DNA from: Piromyces finnis finn
Lineage: Eukaryota > Fungi > Neocallimastigomycota
Reading direction: 5' to 3'
DNA length: 64,000 bases
Assembly (NCBI GenBank): GCA_002104945.1
Contig: MCFH01000064.1
Location: forward strand, 62,001 to 126,000
The notes under the pieces were generated by a model. That model ran no database searches. It worked only from the letters and a program-made list of their open reading frames with translations, and was not told the origin of the DNA. Made by a program: the position numbers and the translations under genes. Below, in pieces: positions 30,201 through 43,990 of the stretch; the stretch's first letter is position 1, and each line of letters begins with the position of its first letter.

Positions 30201-30762
30201 ATATTTTTCTATAATATTTATTAAAATTAAAATTTAGATATCATTAATAATGTTGCATAAAATATATATATTATAAAGAAAATAAAAATTACCAATATTA
30301 ATGGTATAATAATATTTTTCATCCCTTCAGCATCGTCTTTAGCTAATGAAACTAATGATGAATATACATATTCTTTTTGGAGAAAAACCCCCTTTCTTTA
30401 TAATGATAATTTTAATATTAACGAGACATGTTTTTATTATAAGTTTTATGTATATATAATTTTAATTATACTTTAAAATGTATTCTGCTCTTTCAATTGA
30501 ATTTAATGTTTCATTTAATGAATAATTATTAATTTCTTCTTCACTCTAATTATATTAAATTTCAATAAAATAATAGAATTAAATAAATAATTGTTTATAA
30601 ATATTATCATTTTAAATACAATAAAATAATTAGAAGATATACTTTTAATGCTCCATTAGAGAAATTTGCTTCTTTTAAATTTATGTCTCTGGATTTTGTT
30701 GATAAGTTATTTGAAAATGAAGATAATTCTAATTCTACATTCCAACTGTTAAAATTCCACAT
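25504..30762 (-). CDS. HEAT-repeat phosphatase regulatory protein, PP4R4-like, with a long S/K/T/N-rich disordered tail, many exons
   Basis: Early exons give KSEEEINNYSLNETLNSIERAEYIL, resembling the PPP4R4 N-terminus as I recall it. HEAT-like segments SKSNAVRISMSKCF and YRDPIPNIRIYLCELL. ORFs 26638-27996 and 25504-26571 are the last exons. Confidence 0.7.
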
Positions 30763-32872
30763 TTTGTATTTATACTATGATTATTATATATTATATATTT
30801 TCTTTTATAATAATAAAAAAATATTCATTATTTCTTTATTAATGATAGATTTAATTATTATACTCAATGAAAAATGTTAATTTTAATATTTGATTTATTA
30901 ATTTGTATATATATTTATTTTTTCTTCTTTTTTATGAATAATTAAATGTTGAAAGTGATAATATAATACTATTTTTTATATAATTAATAATTATGGTTTT
31001 TTTATTATAATTTTTTTTTCACAATAATAAATTATATTTGTATAAATTTTATTTTCATAAATTGTTTATATATTAAGAAGATAAACAAATTAAAGTTTTT
31101 TTTTTAAAATTAAAGTAGTTTAATTTTATGTTAAAAGGATGATTTAAAATTATTCATTCATTCATTTAAAAAAAGATTTTAAAGCTAATAAAATCTAAAT
31201 AAAAAGTTCTTATTGGATTTTATAATTACTAATAAATTAATATGTTGTTATTTTTGAACCTTGATCAAAGTTAGATTTTTAAATTTCTAAATAACAAAGC
31301 TAAAATGTAATATATAAAAAATAGGTATTATTCAATAAAATAATTATAGTTTTTTTTTTAATATTTAATACAAAAAATAATTTAATTTTTTTATTATAAA
31401 TGAATAAATGAATAAATTTAATAATGTAGTTCAATTATTATTTAATGTATACATTATATTAAGCAAAAAAAAAAATGAGATGTAACTGAAAAAGTTTATT
31501 TAAATTTAAATTTTAGAATTAAAATCAAGTTTTATTAAAATAATAAAAACTTAAATATATATTTTTTAACAGTTAGTTATGTTAGATAAAATCAACTTCT
31601 GCATTGTTTTATGGTAAAAGTTTTTCGTTTATATGCTTTTTTCCTTTTTTTTATTATATAATATATAAATATATACAATATACAATATTTTTTTAATTTT
31701 TTGAGATTTTTTTACTAAAATCTCACAAAAATTTTCTCCGAGGAATTATACTGTTAAAAAAAACTACTTTTTAAAGTTTTTATGGGGGATATTTATAAAT
31801 TAAATTTTCATACAAATTTTAATAAATAAATTTATTATAAATCAAAGTTTTTTATTAATACTTTCGTTTTTAATTTATTATTATTGAAATGACTAAAGTT
31901 TCTTAATAATTTTAACAATCAATATAACTCTTTTTTAAATATATTAAAATACAGGAAAATATTAAAATTTAGTTTTCTTTATTATTTTGACTACAATATA
32001 CTTAAAAATATATTAATTTATTGTTTATTGTAAATTATATTGTATTTTGTGAATATATAAATATTACTTTTTTTTCAATAGTTTAATTTAGAAATATTAA
32101 ACAATTAAATAATTGAAAACATTAACAATGTTTAACTCAATATAAATATATTATTTAATGAAAAAAAAAAAAACTCTTTTTATTAGATATTATAATTTAA
32201 AGAAAATATTTTCATTACAAATAGTATATATACATCAAATTTTAGTATCTAATAAAAAAGGTTTTTTTTTATAATATTTTTAAATAATCCTTGTTACAAA
32301 TCTAAATAAAATATTAGATATCAATATTCCGCAATTTTTTTTAAAAAAAGGAAGATGATATATTATTTAATAATAGATTTATATCATTAATCATTTTCAA
32401 CATTTTAATATATTAAATATATAATTATAATATATTATAATATTTTTGTCAGTATAACAATATAGTATTCTTTAATTCTATATAAGATAATTTTTAAATT
32501 TTCAATATTATTGGCTATTCAATTCATTACTAATATTACACAAATTTTTGATGTTCAAAAAAAAACGGAGCAATTTATATAAAATAATATATAATATATA
32601 TTAAAGTATATAATTATATATTATAAATGTAAGTCATTCAATTATAAATATATTAATTACATATACATAATTTTAAAGTTTAATAATAAAAAAAGTATAA
32701 ATTTTCAACAATTCATTTATTTTTGAAAATATAAAAATCCTCTTTTTTTTTTTTTTTTTTATTCAATTATTTAATTTTTTATATATATAGGGAAATTGTT
32801 AATTCACTTTTTTGTAGTATAATTTGAATTTAATTGTAAAATAATAGTTTCCTTAAAAATAATATAAAGCAA

Positions 32873-34675
32873 ATGAGATTTAATAAATTTATTTTCCCAA
32901 TACTAGCTTCTTTGGCTATTGCTTCTCCAAGTAAATAAAAGATATAATATAATTTATAAGTATATTTTGTAAATATTAAAGAAATTAATATTTTTATTTT
33001 AAAATTTTGATAAATTATATATAAAATTATAAAATTAGTTCAAGAAAAAGATATAAGCCTTAAAAAACGTGCAAATAAGCAATTTTATATTCCATTAGAA
33101 TTAAGAAATAACAATTTTAACAATAATGCTAGTAACTGGTCATATTCTCGTAGTAAGGCTTCAGATGATTTTATTGTTTTCTGGGAACCAGGATTTGGTA
33201 CTAATCCAAAAAATGCACCAAGTAATTTAAGATTCGATGTTGATGATGTACTTGCAAAAGCTGAAAAATTTTTTGAGTATTATACAAAAACATTAAAGTT
33301 TATTGATGGACCATCTCAAACTGAGAAATATAAAATAAGTATTTGGATAAAATATCAAACACAATGGTTAGCTACTGGTTCTGGTTATGATAATGTAGTT
33401 GGTGCTCTTTGGGTTAATCCAAGTACAATTCAACCAGTTGGTGGTACTATTGCACATGAAATTGGGCACTCTTTCCAATACCAAGTTCATTGTGATGGTA
33501 AGTATGGTTTTCGTGATCAAGATTATGTTGGTACTTTTTGGGAAATTTGTGCTCAATGGATGGCTTCAAGATTATATCCAGAAATGTTTTCTAATACTGA
33601 ATTTGAATTAGTTCCAAATAATTGTTGGAAACATCCATTACATGAAAACTTCCGTTATCAATCTATTTTAATGGAAGAATTTTGGAGTGAAAAACATGGA
33701 ATTGATATTGTTGGTAAAGTTTGGAATGGTGCTAAGGACAGAGATGATCCAATTGAAGCCTATAAGCGTGTAATAAATATTAATCAAGAACAATTTAATG
33801 AAGAAATGTTTAAGGTTGCACAAAAAAATGTTCTTTTTGATTATAAGCATCTTAAAAATATTTTAAGACCATACAGAAGTCGCTATAATATTAAACTTCA
33901 AACAAATGGTGATGGTACTTACCAAATTCCACCAGAACAATGTACACAATCTTATGGTTATGCCCCAATTCAACTTGAAATTCCATCTGGTGGAAAGGTT
34001 ACTGTTAAATTTACTGGTATTACAGGTAATACTAAATATCACACTCAATATGATAAGGTTGCAGGATGGAGATACGGTTTTGTTGCCGTTAAGAGTGATG
34101 GTGAATCTGCTGAATATAGTAATGCTGTTGTAGGTACCACTAAGGAAAGTACAATCACATATTCAGTTCCAAGTGGTACTAAGGCTTTATGGCTTGTTGT
34201 TATGGGTGCTCCAACTGAACATGTTAAACATCACTGGAAGGAAGGCGATAATTCTGGTGATGAACATTTCCCATGGAAGATTGCTTTATCTACTTGTTTA
34301 AAGGGAAAAAGCTGCAATCCAATTCCAGTTAATAATAATGCTAGTAATATTAATGGAAATCAAAGCAATAATAATGCCAGTAATAACAATAACAGTAGTA
34401 GTAGTAGTAATAACAAGACCTGCTTTAGTACTTCAATGGGTTACCCTTGCTGCAAAGATACTAGTAGAGTTGTAACTACTGATTGTGATGGTAAATGGGG
34501 TGTTGAAAATGGAGAATGGTGTGGTATTGGTGGTACTCCAATAACCTCTTCTAATTGCTGGGCTAAATCTCTCGGCTATAAATGCTGTGCAAGTAAATGT
34601 GCAGAAGTTTATAGTACCGACGCCAGTGGAAAATGGAGTATTGAAAATAATGAATGGTGTGGTATTGTTAATTAA
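32873..34675 (+). CDS. Secreted DUF6055-like HExxH protein with two C-terminal fungal dockerin (CBM10-type) domains, 2 exons (32873-32930, 33039-34675)
   Basis: Signal peptide [19 protein letters not shown]; [11 protein letters not shown] at 33452-33484 and FWEICAQW; N/S linker; then [11 protein letters not shown]...[10 protein letters not shown] and [11 protein letters not shown]...[10 protein letters not shown]. Exon 2 is in frame with the ORF-track ATG at 33560. Confidence 0.85.
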
Positions 34676-35211
34676 ATACAAAAAAAAATAACCCCATTAA
34701 GCCAAACGTGTAAGATATACCAACTCAATATGATAGAAACAAGAAAATAATATATCATTAATATTTATTAATAGCATATAATATGGATGTATTTTAAGAC
34801 AATTGTAATTAATATATTTTTTTAATTGTCATTTTAAAATGTAAATATATAGAAATATATTATATATATATATATATATATTTTTTTTTTTTACTTTTTC
34901 ATTTAAATTTAACAGTGAATAAATAAAATTTTTATAAAATAAATAATAATTCTTAATAAATGAAAGATGATTTCTTTTATAAAAAAGGTTTATAGTAAAT
35001 AGAAATTTTAAGTAAAATATTTTTTATATAATACACGCGACTTTAATTTGTAATTAGTAATTTATCAGTCTCTTTAATTTTCATATATGAAATTGAGTAA
35101 TGAGAATGGTTATGGTCTATGTCAGAAGATTGATCACTTTGAAATGATTTTTTTTTTTTTTTTTTTTTTAACAGAAGAGAATTTTTCAAATAAAGAAAAG
35201 TTTTATTATTA

Positions 35212-35570
35212 TTTTTTAATGGCATCAACTATTTTTTAACTTTATTAAAAATTATAAAAAAAATTAAAAATAAAAATAAAATATGTTTAAATAAACAAAA
35301 ATGAATAAAAATTGGGTATAATATATTCTAGTAATTTTAATTAATGTAAGAAAGACACTATTATACTAAGGTATAATAATTGTATTTGACTTCCAATGGG
35401 ACACCGAGCCAAAGATTAAAATTTTTTCATGGGACAAAACTATGATCACCATTAGTTGCGCTGGCCCTCCTGGCCTGTCTTACTGTTTCTTCAGCATTGA
35501 CGCCTTTGGATGTTGCCTCAAACCTTTTGAACATTAACCATTTACTGGCCATTAACAAATTTAGTTCTAA
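35212..35570 (-). mobile_element. 5'-truncated, diverged copy of the LINE 3' end
   Basis: Aligns by eye to 46780-47160 (e.g. gtatttgacttccaatgggacaccgagccaaagat, cttcagcattgacg). Short T tail; no clear target-site duplication (TSD). Confidence 0.9.
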
Positions 35571-36010
35571 TTAATGCAAAAAGATTACTTGAGTATAATA
35601 ATTGGATATGAATTTCAACTTTTAAATTAATTATATTGATATTATAAATTTATAAAGGTATTTGACTCATGCTATATAAAAATAAAAATATGCACACAGT
35701 CTATAAGAAATTGCTTAAAACAATAGTAAAAATTATTGTTAAATTTTTTTTTTTTTTTATTAATTATATTTTGATTGCATAAAATTTTTTATATACATAT
35801 TTATTATAATGTTCCTTTAGTAACAAAATACGTTTACTTTATAATAAATATAATCTATATGTACTTTTTATATAAATATATTTAATGAGTAAACATCAAT
35901 TTTTTCTTTTTTAGATAATTAATGTACAGCTATACTGCAAGTTTCAAATTATTGATAAAATATATTTTGATATATACAATTTATTATTTCTTGAATTGGT
36001 TTATATCTCC

Positions 36011-37298
36011 TTATTCTTCAGATTCTAAAACAATTCTGTATCTAGCCTTGTTAGCTAAAACCTTTTCAATAGCTTCGTTACATTGAGATAATTTCATTAA
36101 TTCAATCTTTGGCTTGACACCATTAACGGCAGCAAATTCAAGCATTTCATTAGTGTAAGATCTACCAGCGACAATAGAACCACAGATAGTCTTTTGAGCG
36201 AAAATAATTGGCATAACTGGAACCTTAATTTCAACAGCTGGAATACCAATTAAACATAATTTACCGTTTGGCTTAAGTAAACCTAAGAGCATCTTCCAAT
36301 CCATATCATATGGAGAAGTGTTGATAATTAAATCAAAGTAATTTGGAACCTTTTCTTGAGCTTCCTTTAATAAGACGAAGTTGTGACAACCGAAACCCAT
36401 AGCTTCTTCCTTTTTGTTGTATGAGGTAGAAAGAGCAGTAACTTCATAACCCATCTTACTGGCGAATTGAACAGCTAAGTGACCTAAACCACCAATACCA
36501 ATAATAGCAACCTTAACATTTGGCTTGTTAATGAAGATACGAAGTGGGTTGTAAACAGTAGCACCAGCACACATTAATGGAGCAGCGTATTGACTTTCAA
36601 GCTTTTCTGGGATCTTGAAAGCAAACTTAGCTGGCATTCTAATACGGTTTTGGAAACCACCATGGTGACCAACAATAGTACCTTCGTAACCCTTTTGGCA
36701 AAGGTTTTCTTGACCTTCAACACAGGCTTCACAGAAACCACAACTGTCACGAATCCATCCATAACCAACTCTGTCACCAACCTTGAGACCAGAGAGCTTT
36801 TCGGCATTGGCACCAAGAGCAACGACGTTACCAATAACTTCGTGACCTGGAATGAATGGGTAGGTAGAACAACTCCAATCGTTATCCTATTTTTTTAATT
36901 TTTCATTTTTATAATATTTTAATTTTCTATTCTTTACTAGTTGTTTTTATAATTCATATTTATTTATATATTTCATATTATTCTGTTATTCTATCATCTA
37001 TAAAACTTTAATGTTTTGTGAAAAATATTTTTTATATTCTTAAAATTTTTATAATATAAATAATTTTTACCTTCATGTGGATATCACTGTGACATAAACC
37101 ATTGTGAGTAACCTTAACTATTAAAAATTAAACATTATTCAAATTATTAATACAATTTAAAAAATTGTATTTTTATATTCTTTAAATTATTTATATTATA
37201 CCTTCAATTTGGTCATCAGCTAATGGTTCTGGAGTGTATTCGTATGGTTGTAAAGTATCCTTAGCTTTTTGAGCAGCCCAAGCCTTGAAAGTAGCCAT
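36011..37298 (-). CDS. Zn-dependent medium-chain alcohol dehydrogenase/aldehyde reductase (CAD/Ahr/YahK-like), 3 exons
   Basis: GLCHSD, PGHEVIG, structural Zn CGFCEAC...NLC, PLMCAGATV, GIGGLGH, terminal KARYRIVL. ATG at 37298 (MATFKAWAA). Confidence 0.92.
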
Positions 37299-39799
37299 TT
37301 TTTAAAAGTATATCAAAATTATTTTTTTTGAATGGATTTTAAAAAAAGTAAGATTTAAAGATATTTATATATTTTTTTTTATTATATACAGTTTTAATTA
37401 AACTTTTATCATGATCCTAATTAAAAAACTTTTTAATTAAAAAGACTTTATATTAAATTTAATATAAAAGCAATATATTATCAATATAAAAGATTTACAT
37501 ATATTATCTAATTTAAAAATTTGATACTATAATTAGAGTTGTATTTTCCATTTATTTATCCTACATTTTGCAGGAAATAGGAATAATTCCTAAATATTTT
37601 CGTTAGAGTATTATTATCGCATATTCTTATTATTAATTTTTTCAAGTTTTAATTATAATAAAGTAAAAAATGGGTTTTTTTTTTATGAAGAAAAGTGTCA
37701 CTCTTTTAATATTAAAGTAATAAAATAATTCAACTAAAATATATATATATAATATATTAAGAACTTTATCATTAAAATTTTACAATATTTTTTCATAGAC
37801 TTATTGACTTATTTCTAGCATTAGGTAATCGTTTTAATAATAATAATTATTATATTGATTATTGTATTGACGATTAATTTTTTTACGTTGAAATATTTAT
37901 ATAACCTTTTTTATTATTATTGTTTTTATTAATACATAAGCTATTAAATGATCCTGAAATGGAAATATTTACGCTCTTTATTATTATCATCTAAATAATG
38001 GGGATTTTTACGCCGTGACCTTTTATTTTCTATTACTAATAATGTTAACTTTAAATATTTAGGTTTTTATTTCAATATGAACCAATTATTAACTTAAATT
38101 AAAATATTAATATATGTATTATTTCATCCAATAAACATTAATTTACTATACTGTACATACTACTACAAATTAAATTTTATTGGGTAAAAAATTCATAATA
38201 AATATTTTAAGTTTATTAAACATTCCTATTTATACTATTTTTAATTAATATACTAATTAAAACATAATATATAGTTCAATTGAAGGTTATATATATTTGT
38301 ATATTAATATAATTTTTCATAAGAAGGTTTAATTTTTTTTTAAGTTTAGCATTAAAAAGATAAATTAAAAACCAAAAAATGTTTATGTATGAATTTATTT
38401 AACATTGACATTAAATTATTCCATTTTTTTTATTCTTTTTATTGATAAAAGAATGAGAGTTTTAATAATTAATGCTGTATGATTGTTCCATTAGGTACAA
38501 ATATTTCATTTTATTATTAAAATTTAATTTATACAATTACATCAAAATTCCTATACAAACAAAATATAAAGTTTATTTTAATATCTTGTACTCTAAAATG
38601 AGAAAGCAATTTAATAAGTCAAAAAAAAGATAATTCCTTTAACCTTTTTCTTAAAGCATATTTATAGCTAGAGCTATAGAAAATTTATTATAACCTAATA
38701 TATATTTTTTTTTATTACTTTAATTTTATAGTTTTTTTATTAATAAAATCTATTAATTAATATGATATAATAAAAATAAAATATAATGTCTTCAAAATTT
38801 GATTCTGCTTTGTTAAAGTCAAAAGTGCATATTAAGTTAGTTTTATTTTCATCATCATCATAATGAATGGTATGCCAGGTAAAATGAAGTTTAATTTTTA
38901 AATGATTGTACATTTTCATATATATTTTATTAATTATAAATATAACACATTACAATGTATTTGGTTATAGTCATACAAATTTATAATGATATCATTACAT
39001 TAACAATTACATCTTTTATGTTAACTTTAATACTTCCTTATTTGGGACAAATTGTTTGTTAATAAATACAAATAAATACATTAAAAAATTTTTGTTGACT
39101 TTTTTAAATAAAATAGTAAATATATTATATAATATAAAATAAATTTAATAAATTATTGTATACATTTTTTATATTAAATTAATACATAAGTAATACAATT
39201 GATGTAGTTTGTATAATGAAAGAAATATTTTATTATTTTTTAAATGGGATTGTAAAATAATAGTTTTATATTTACTATTTCTAATTATCTTTCCATTTTA
39301 TAATAAATAACAAATTTTTATATTATAATAAATTTTCTATATCCAAATGATTCATAATTATCAAAATTTTTAAATGGTAATATATTATAATTTTATAAAA
39401 TAAATATTTTCTTGATTTTTGTTCAAACTTTTTTAGTAATGAAAATTCTAATAAAGATTATTTTTATATTTAATAGAATTTATTTTTTAATTTAAAAAAT
39501 AAATAAATAATATATTAAATAAAATTTACTAATTTTTTTTTTAAAAATTTTTTTATTTTTTTATATAGTTTTAATTTATTTTATATAATTAAAATGTAAC
39601 ACACAATTAACTTGATGAATAATTATAAAACTTTTAAAAATAACATATTTTAAAGCAATAAAAAAAATACCATTTTTTAATTTACATTGAATAAATAAGT
39701 TAATAGTATTATCATTTATCCTTATATTGATATAAAGATAATAATGTTTTTTTATAATTAATTATATAGATTATTTAAATATAAATAAATATATATGTA

Positions 39800-40333
39800 A
39801 TGAAAATCATATTCATATTGGTATCATTCATTTTAAATGTATTGTTAATATCAAGTTTTGATTTAAACAAAAAAAACGGCAACGAAAACCATTGTAAAGT
39901 ATTAAAAAAAGATGAAAGTGAATTTAAATTGAAATACAAAAGTATAAGTTTTTTTACAAGAGAAGCAGTATCAATCCTTTCGAATTGTTTTTTTGAAATA
40001 AATAATGATATTATCATTTGTAATGACAAATTTTATCATTACAATTTTATATTTTATTTACCTTTAATTTCTCATGACAATTTAGGTGTTGACGCTATAA
40101 CAAAAAATCAATGTTCACATAATTATTCTGATATTGTAAATTTTCAATTTCTTTCAAAGACATTTAATGAGACTAATGTATTTAATTATATAAATAAAAA
40201 TAACATTAATGAATATTATTTCAAATTATATTTCTCAAATAATTGTGTTTATGATTTACCTGTAATAAGAGTTGATAATATAAAATCATATTCAATATAT
40301 GAATGTGATAGTGGTAAAATTATCAAGACCTAA
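39800..40333 (+). CDS. Hypothetical small secreted protein, 177 aa, intronless
   Basis: True ATG, hydrophobic signal-like N-terminus MKIIFILVSFILNVLLISS, six Cys, and an open frame in otherwise stop-rich DNA. No family recognised. Confidence 0.5.
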   Translation: MKIIFILVSFILNVLLISSFDLNKKNGNENHCKVLKKDESEFKLKYKSISFFTREAVSILSNCFFEINNDIIICNDKFYHYNFIFYLPLISHDNLGVDAITKNQCSHNYSDIVNFQFLSKTFNETNVFNYINKNNINEYYFKLYFSNNCVYDLPVIRVDNIKSYSIYECDSGKIIKT

Positions 40334-41396
40334 AACATATTTCTACCAAGATATTTATATATTCATTAATATAACACAATTACAACAAATGTAATAATGA
40401 TAATAATTTTTTTTTAAATTAACATAGTTATTTACAATTTCAATGCATTTTAAATTTATTTATAACATAAATTTAAGATAATTAAAAATTAAAAGGAAAT
40501 AAATTATTCAATACTTTTTATAATTTATTGTTGCTATTTCAACAGCTAAAAATATTTACATTATAATAATTATGCATATATAAAAATTATAAATGAAATA
40601 ATAGAAGGCACCAATTTATTATTAATATAGAAAATAAAAATTTATTTAATGCCTAAAAGTTTATATAAAAATTCTAATAAATATTGAATATAAGTAATCC
40701 TTTTTTTTTTTTATTGTAATAGTGTTATGTTTATTTGTATAATACATTAATCGAATAATAAAAATTAAAAAAAAAAAAAAAAAAAAATAGATAATAAAAA
40801 TTATACAGAATATAATAATAATATAATACTGTTCGAAATATTATAATAATCCATAGTTTATTATTATTTTTTTTAATATTAATTGTTGAACAATATATTT
40901 ATGGTGATATCATTTTTTCCTCTTTTTTTTTTCTCTCCCCATTTTATAAATAGATAAATATATATTTATATGAGGGAATAATAATACTTTGAATTTGAAT
41001 AATATGTTTTATTATATTGATGATATATAAAATTTTTTTAAAATTATTAATAGGTATAATATATTTATTCTATAATATATTTTTATAATTTAACTACAAT
41101 GATTAAAAAAATAAATAGTCTAATGATAGAAAATAAAATAATAAATAAATAGTAAAAATAAATATTAAACAGTAAAAGAAAAAAAAATCTAAATATATTA
41201 TTGTTATTATTGTATTATTATTTGTTTGATTTGTCTTTTTTATTGATATATAATATTTGTTATCTATGTTGAAATGCTGAATCTTTTTCTATTAAAAAAT
41301 AAACATATACACATCTTTTGAAATATATTAATTTATTCTTACGAAAAAAAATTATCATATATTCATATATTATTAATATTTTTTGGGTATTCTAAT

Positions 41397-43990
41397 TTAT
41401 CTGAAAGTGTCAATTGTTGGTTTCTTTATAAATTGAAGATTACTCACAGTATTTGGAAATTGATTTAGATCTCCTCTCAAATAATTTGAATATATATAGG
41501 AATTTTTACTTGGTACATTAAAATCCCTATAGGTATAATTCATTTTATTTAAATGGGAATTATTGTTATTATTATTATACATGTTATTATTTCTAATTAA
41601 AGAATAATCAATAATATCATCAATATTAATAAGATTTAATTCATTTTGATAGTTATCATTAAATGCACCTGTTTTTTCAATAAACTTATTAAGGTTTTTA
41701 CGTTTATTAATCTTTTTTTTATAGAATGATATCTTATAGATTTTCGGTCCTAAAATCAAAAAGAGATTCGAAAGAGAGAATACAATTATAACACCACATC
41801 TAATTCCATTATGAAAATATCGATTCATGATATGAATAAAAATTACAACCATGTATACAATAATGTTAATTATACTAAAGTATACTGCATTTCCAATATG
41901 CCTTATATCAGATTTAAAAATAACAACATTCCATTCTGTTAGTATTAGAAATCCTATACTTCCAATTATTATTATTGATTTAATTAACAGTATAATGATC
42001 ATTATAAATCCTAAATCACCAGATGATTTACAAATCTCGAAGGACGGACCATCCAATATTTCTTCTTTTTGAACTAACACTGGATCGAATGTCATCCAAA
42101 CTAGATTTATTATTATATCTATAAAAATTGAGAAAACGAGAATGAGTTGACTATTATTTTTAATAAAATTAAATAGTCTATTTTTTTGGGATTGGAGTGA
42201 AATTAATTTAATGAAAAATGGCATATACGTTAATGAGAATCCTATTGATATAAGAACTGGTTTTAAAGTACAATTTATATCTTTTAAACTTCCAACACCA
42301 GTTAAACAACTACATACTAATAAGGCTAACCCTAACAAAAAGCAACACCAGTGTTTGAATGGAAGAAAATTAAATTGTTTTCTTGATCTTTTAATAGAAA
42401 TATAGATATATGTCACTGCAATTATTAATAAAGATACAACAATTAAAGTCAATATGATTATACCAGAAATCGACGTATATTCTATAAAGTGCACTCTTAG
42501 AATATCATCAATTTTAATTAAAGTTTCTTCTGCAGTATTTTTTCCATTAATAAAATCTTTAATATATTTACTTAATTTTGTTGAGAAATCCTCATAATTT
42601 ATATTTAAGTAACTTGGTCTCACAATACCTTGCATGTGACTATACATAGTGCAATTAATATTTTGGCATACCTCATCATCCTTATAAAGATCATGTATAG
42701 CACTTCTTTTGTTAAGATTAATTATTAAGTATTTCTGAAAATCATAACTGAATAAATATTTATATACTTCAATTGCTGCTTTCTTTTTTTCTTCAGAAAT
42801 ATATTTATTTAATGCAATATTGGATCCACCAATACATGAACCGGATATGCCGGCTTTATGTCCTGGAAGAGGCGCAAATTTATAGGATGTTCTTTTCAAC
42901 CCATCTTTATTTGGTGGTAATTCTACATCACCATAATACCAATTTCTAAAAAATATGTATTCTTTTTGTTTGTTATATATTGATTTCCATAATTCTGATT
43001 GTGATATACTAAATGGATCGTATTCTGTTATACTCTCTTTAATTTCTTTCATTTTTATAAGTGCATCAATTGCATTTTTACTAGTATATGGAGGAAATTC
43101 ATCATTTTCATTATCTCTAAAAGAATGAATAAATTCTAAAGTGTTTGCAACTATAGATTTACCATCTAGAATGCTTAAAAATTTACTTAAGTTATTGCCT
43201 AAATTATATTCTCTGTCATATATATAATTAAAAGTCTGTATCATTTCATCCCAAGTTAATGGGATAGTCTTATTATACTTATTTAATAATATTTCATTAT
43301 AGTATAAACCACCATAATCAACATATAATGGCTATAGGTGAAAAAAAAGAAAAAGAATTATTAATAATATATAAATATATAATCATTTTCTTTTTTATTT
43401 TATAATTCATTAATAACTAAATAAATAAATAAATATACTTACTAGTGATACCAATTTTCCATTGCATACACTGGTAGCAGTTGCAATACCATTTTTATAT
43501 AAATTTATTGTTGAGGGAGGAAGTAAATTATATAAATCTTCGAAATGATCTGAATACTCACCGGAATAAATAGTATCTATAATAAACAAATCATTTTTAC
43601 TTTTTTCTTTTTCCGAAACAAGGTCCTTTAAAATATATGACACATTTGATATTTCTGAGGTGCTATTTTTATGTGTATAAAAATAGGTATTTAAATTTAT
43701 ATTTAACTTATTTTCTTGTGAATACTTATTAAATTTTTCTTTTAAAATAGACAAATTATCATTTTTTACATCATAAATAAAACCTATAAGCATTAAATCA
43801 ATGGCAAAAGCTTTATTATATTTATAGATAAAATGGAACAAAAAAAAATTAATAAAAAATTAATATTTTTGAATAAAATTATAAAATTTAATGAGAAAAA
43901 AAAAAAAAATCAATGAAAAGAAATTGCTACAATACCTAATTTTACTATAGCTGATAAAAACAGAAAATATTTTATTTTTATTTCTATCAT
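41397..43990 (-). CDS. SBP-7TM fusion receptor (class C GPCR-like) number 1, 3 exons
   Basis: Signal MIEIKIKYFLFLSAIVKL|AFA; SBP motifs FIIDTIYSG, LVSL|PLYVDYGG, IPLTWDEM, FFRNWYY, SCIGGSNIAL; seven hydrophobic segments including CTLKPVLISIGFSLTYMPFFIK; N-rich tail. Confidence 0.88.

Noticed and set aside
38760-39060. Coding-like minus-strand fragments (FTWHTIHYDDDENKTNLICTFDF)
   Set aside because: No start, splice chain or recognisable family; the adjacent frames are full of stops.
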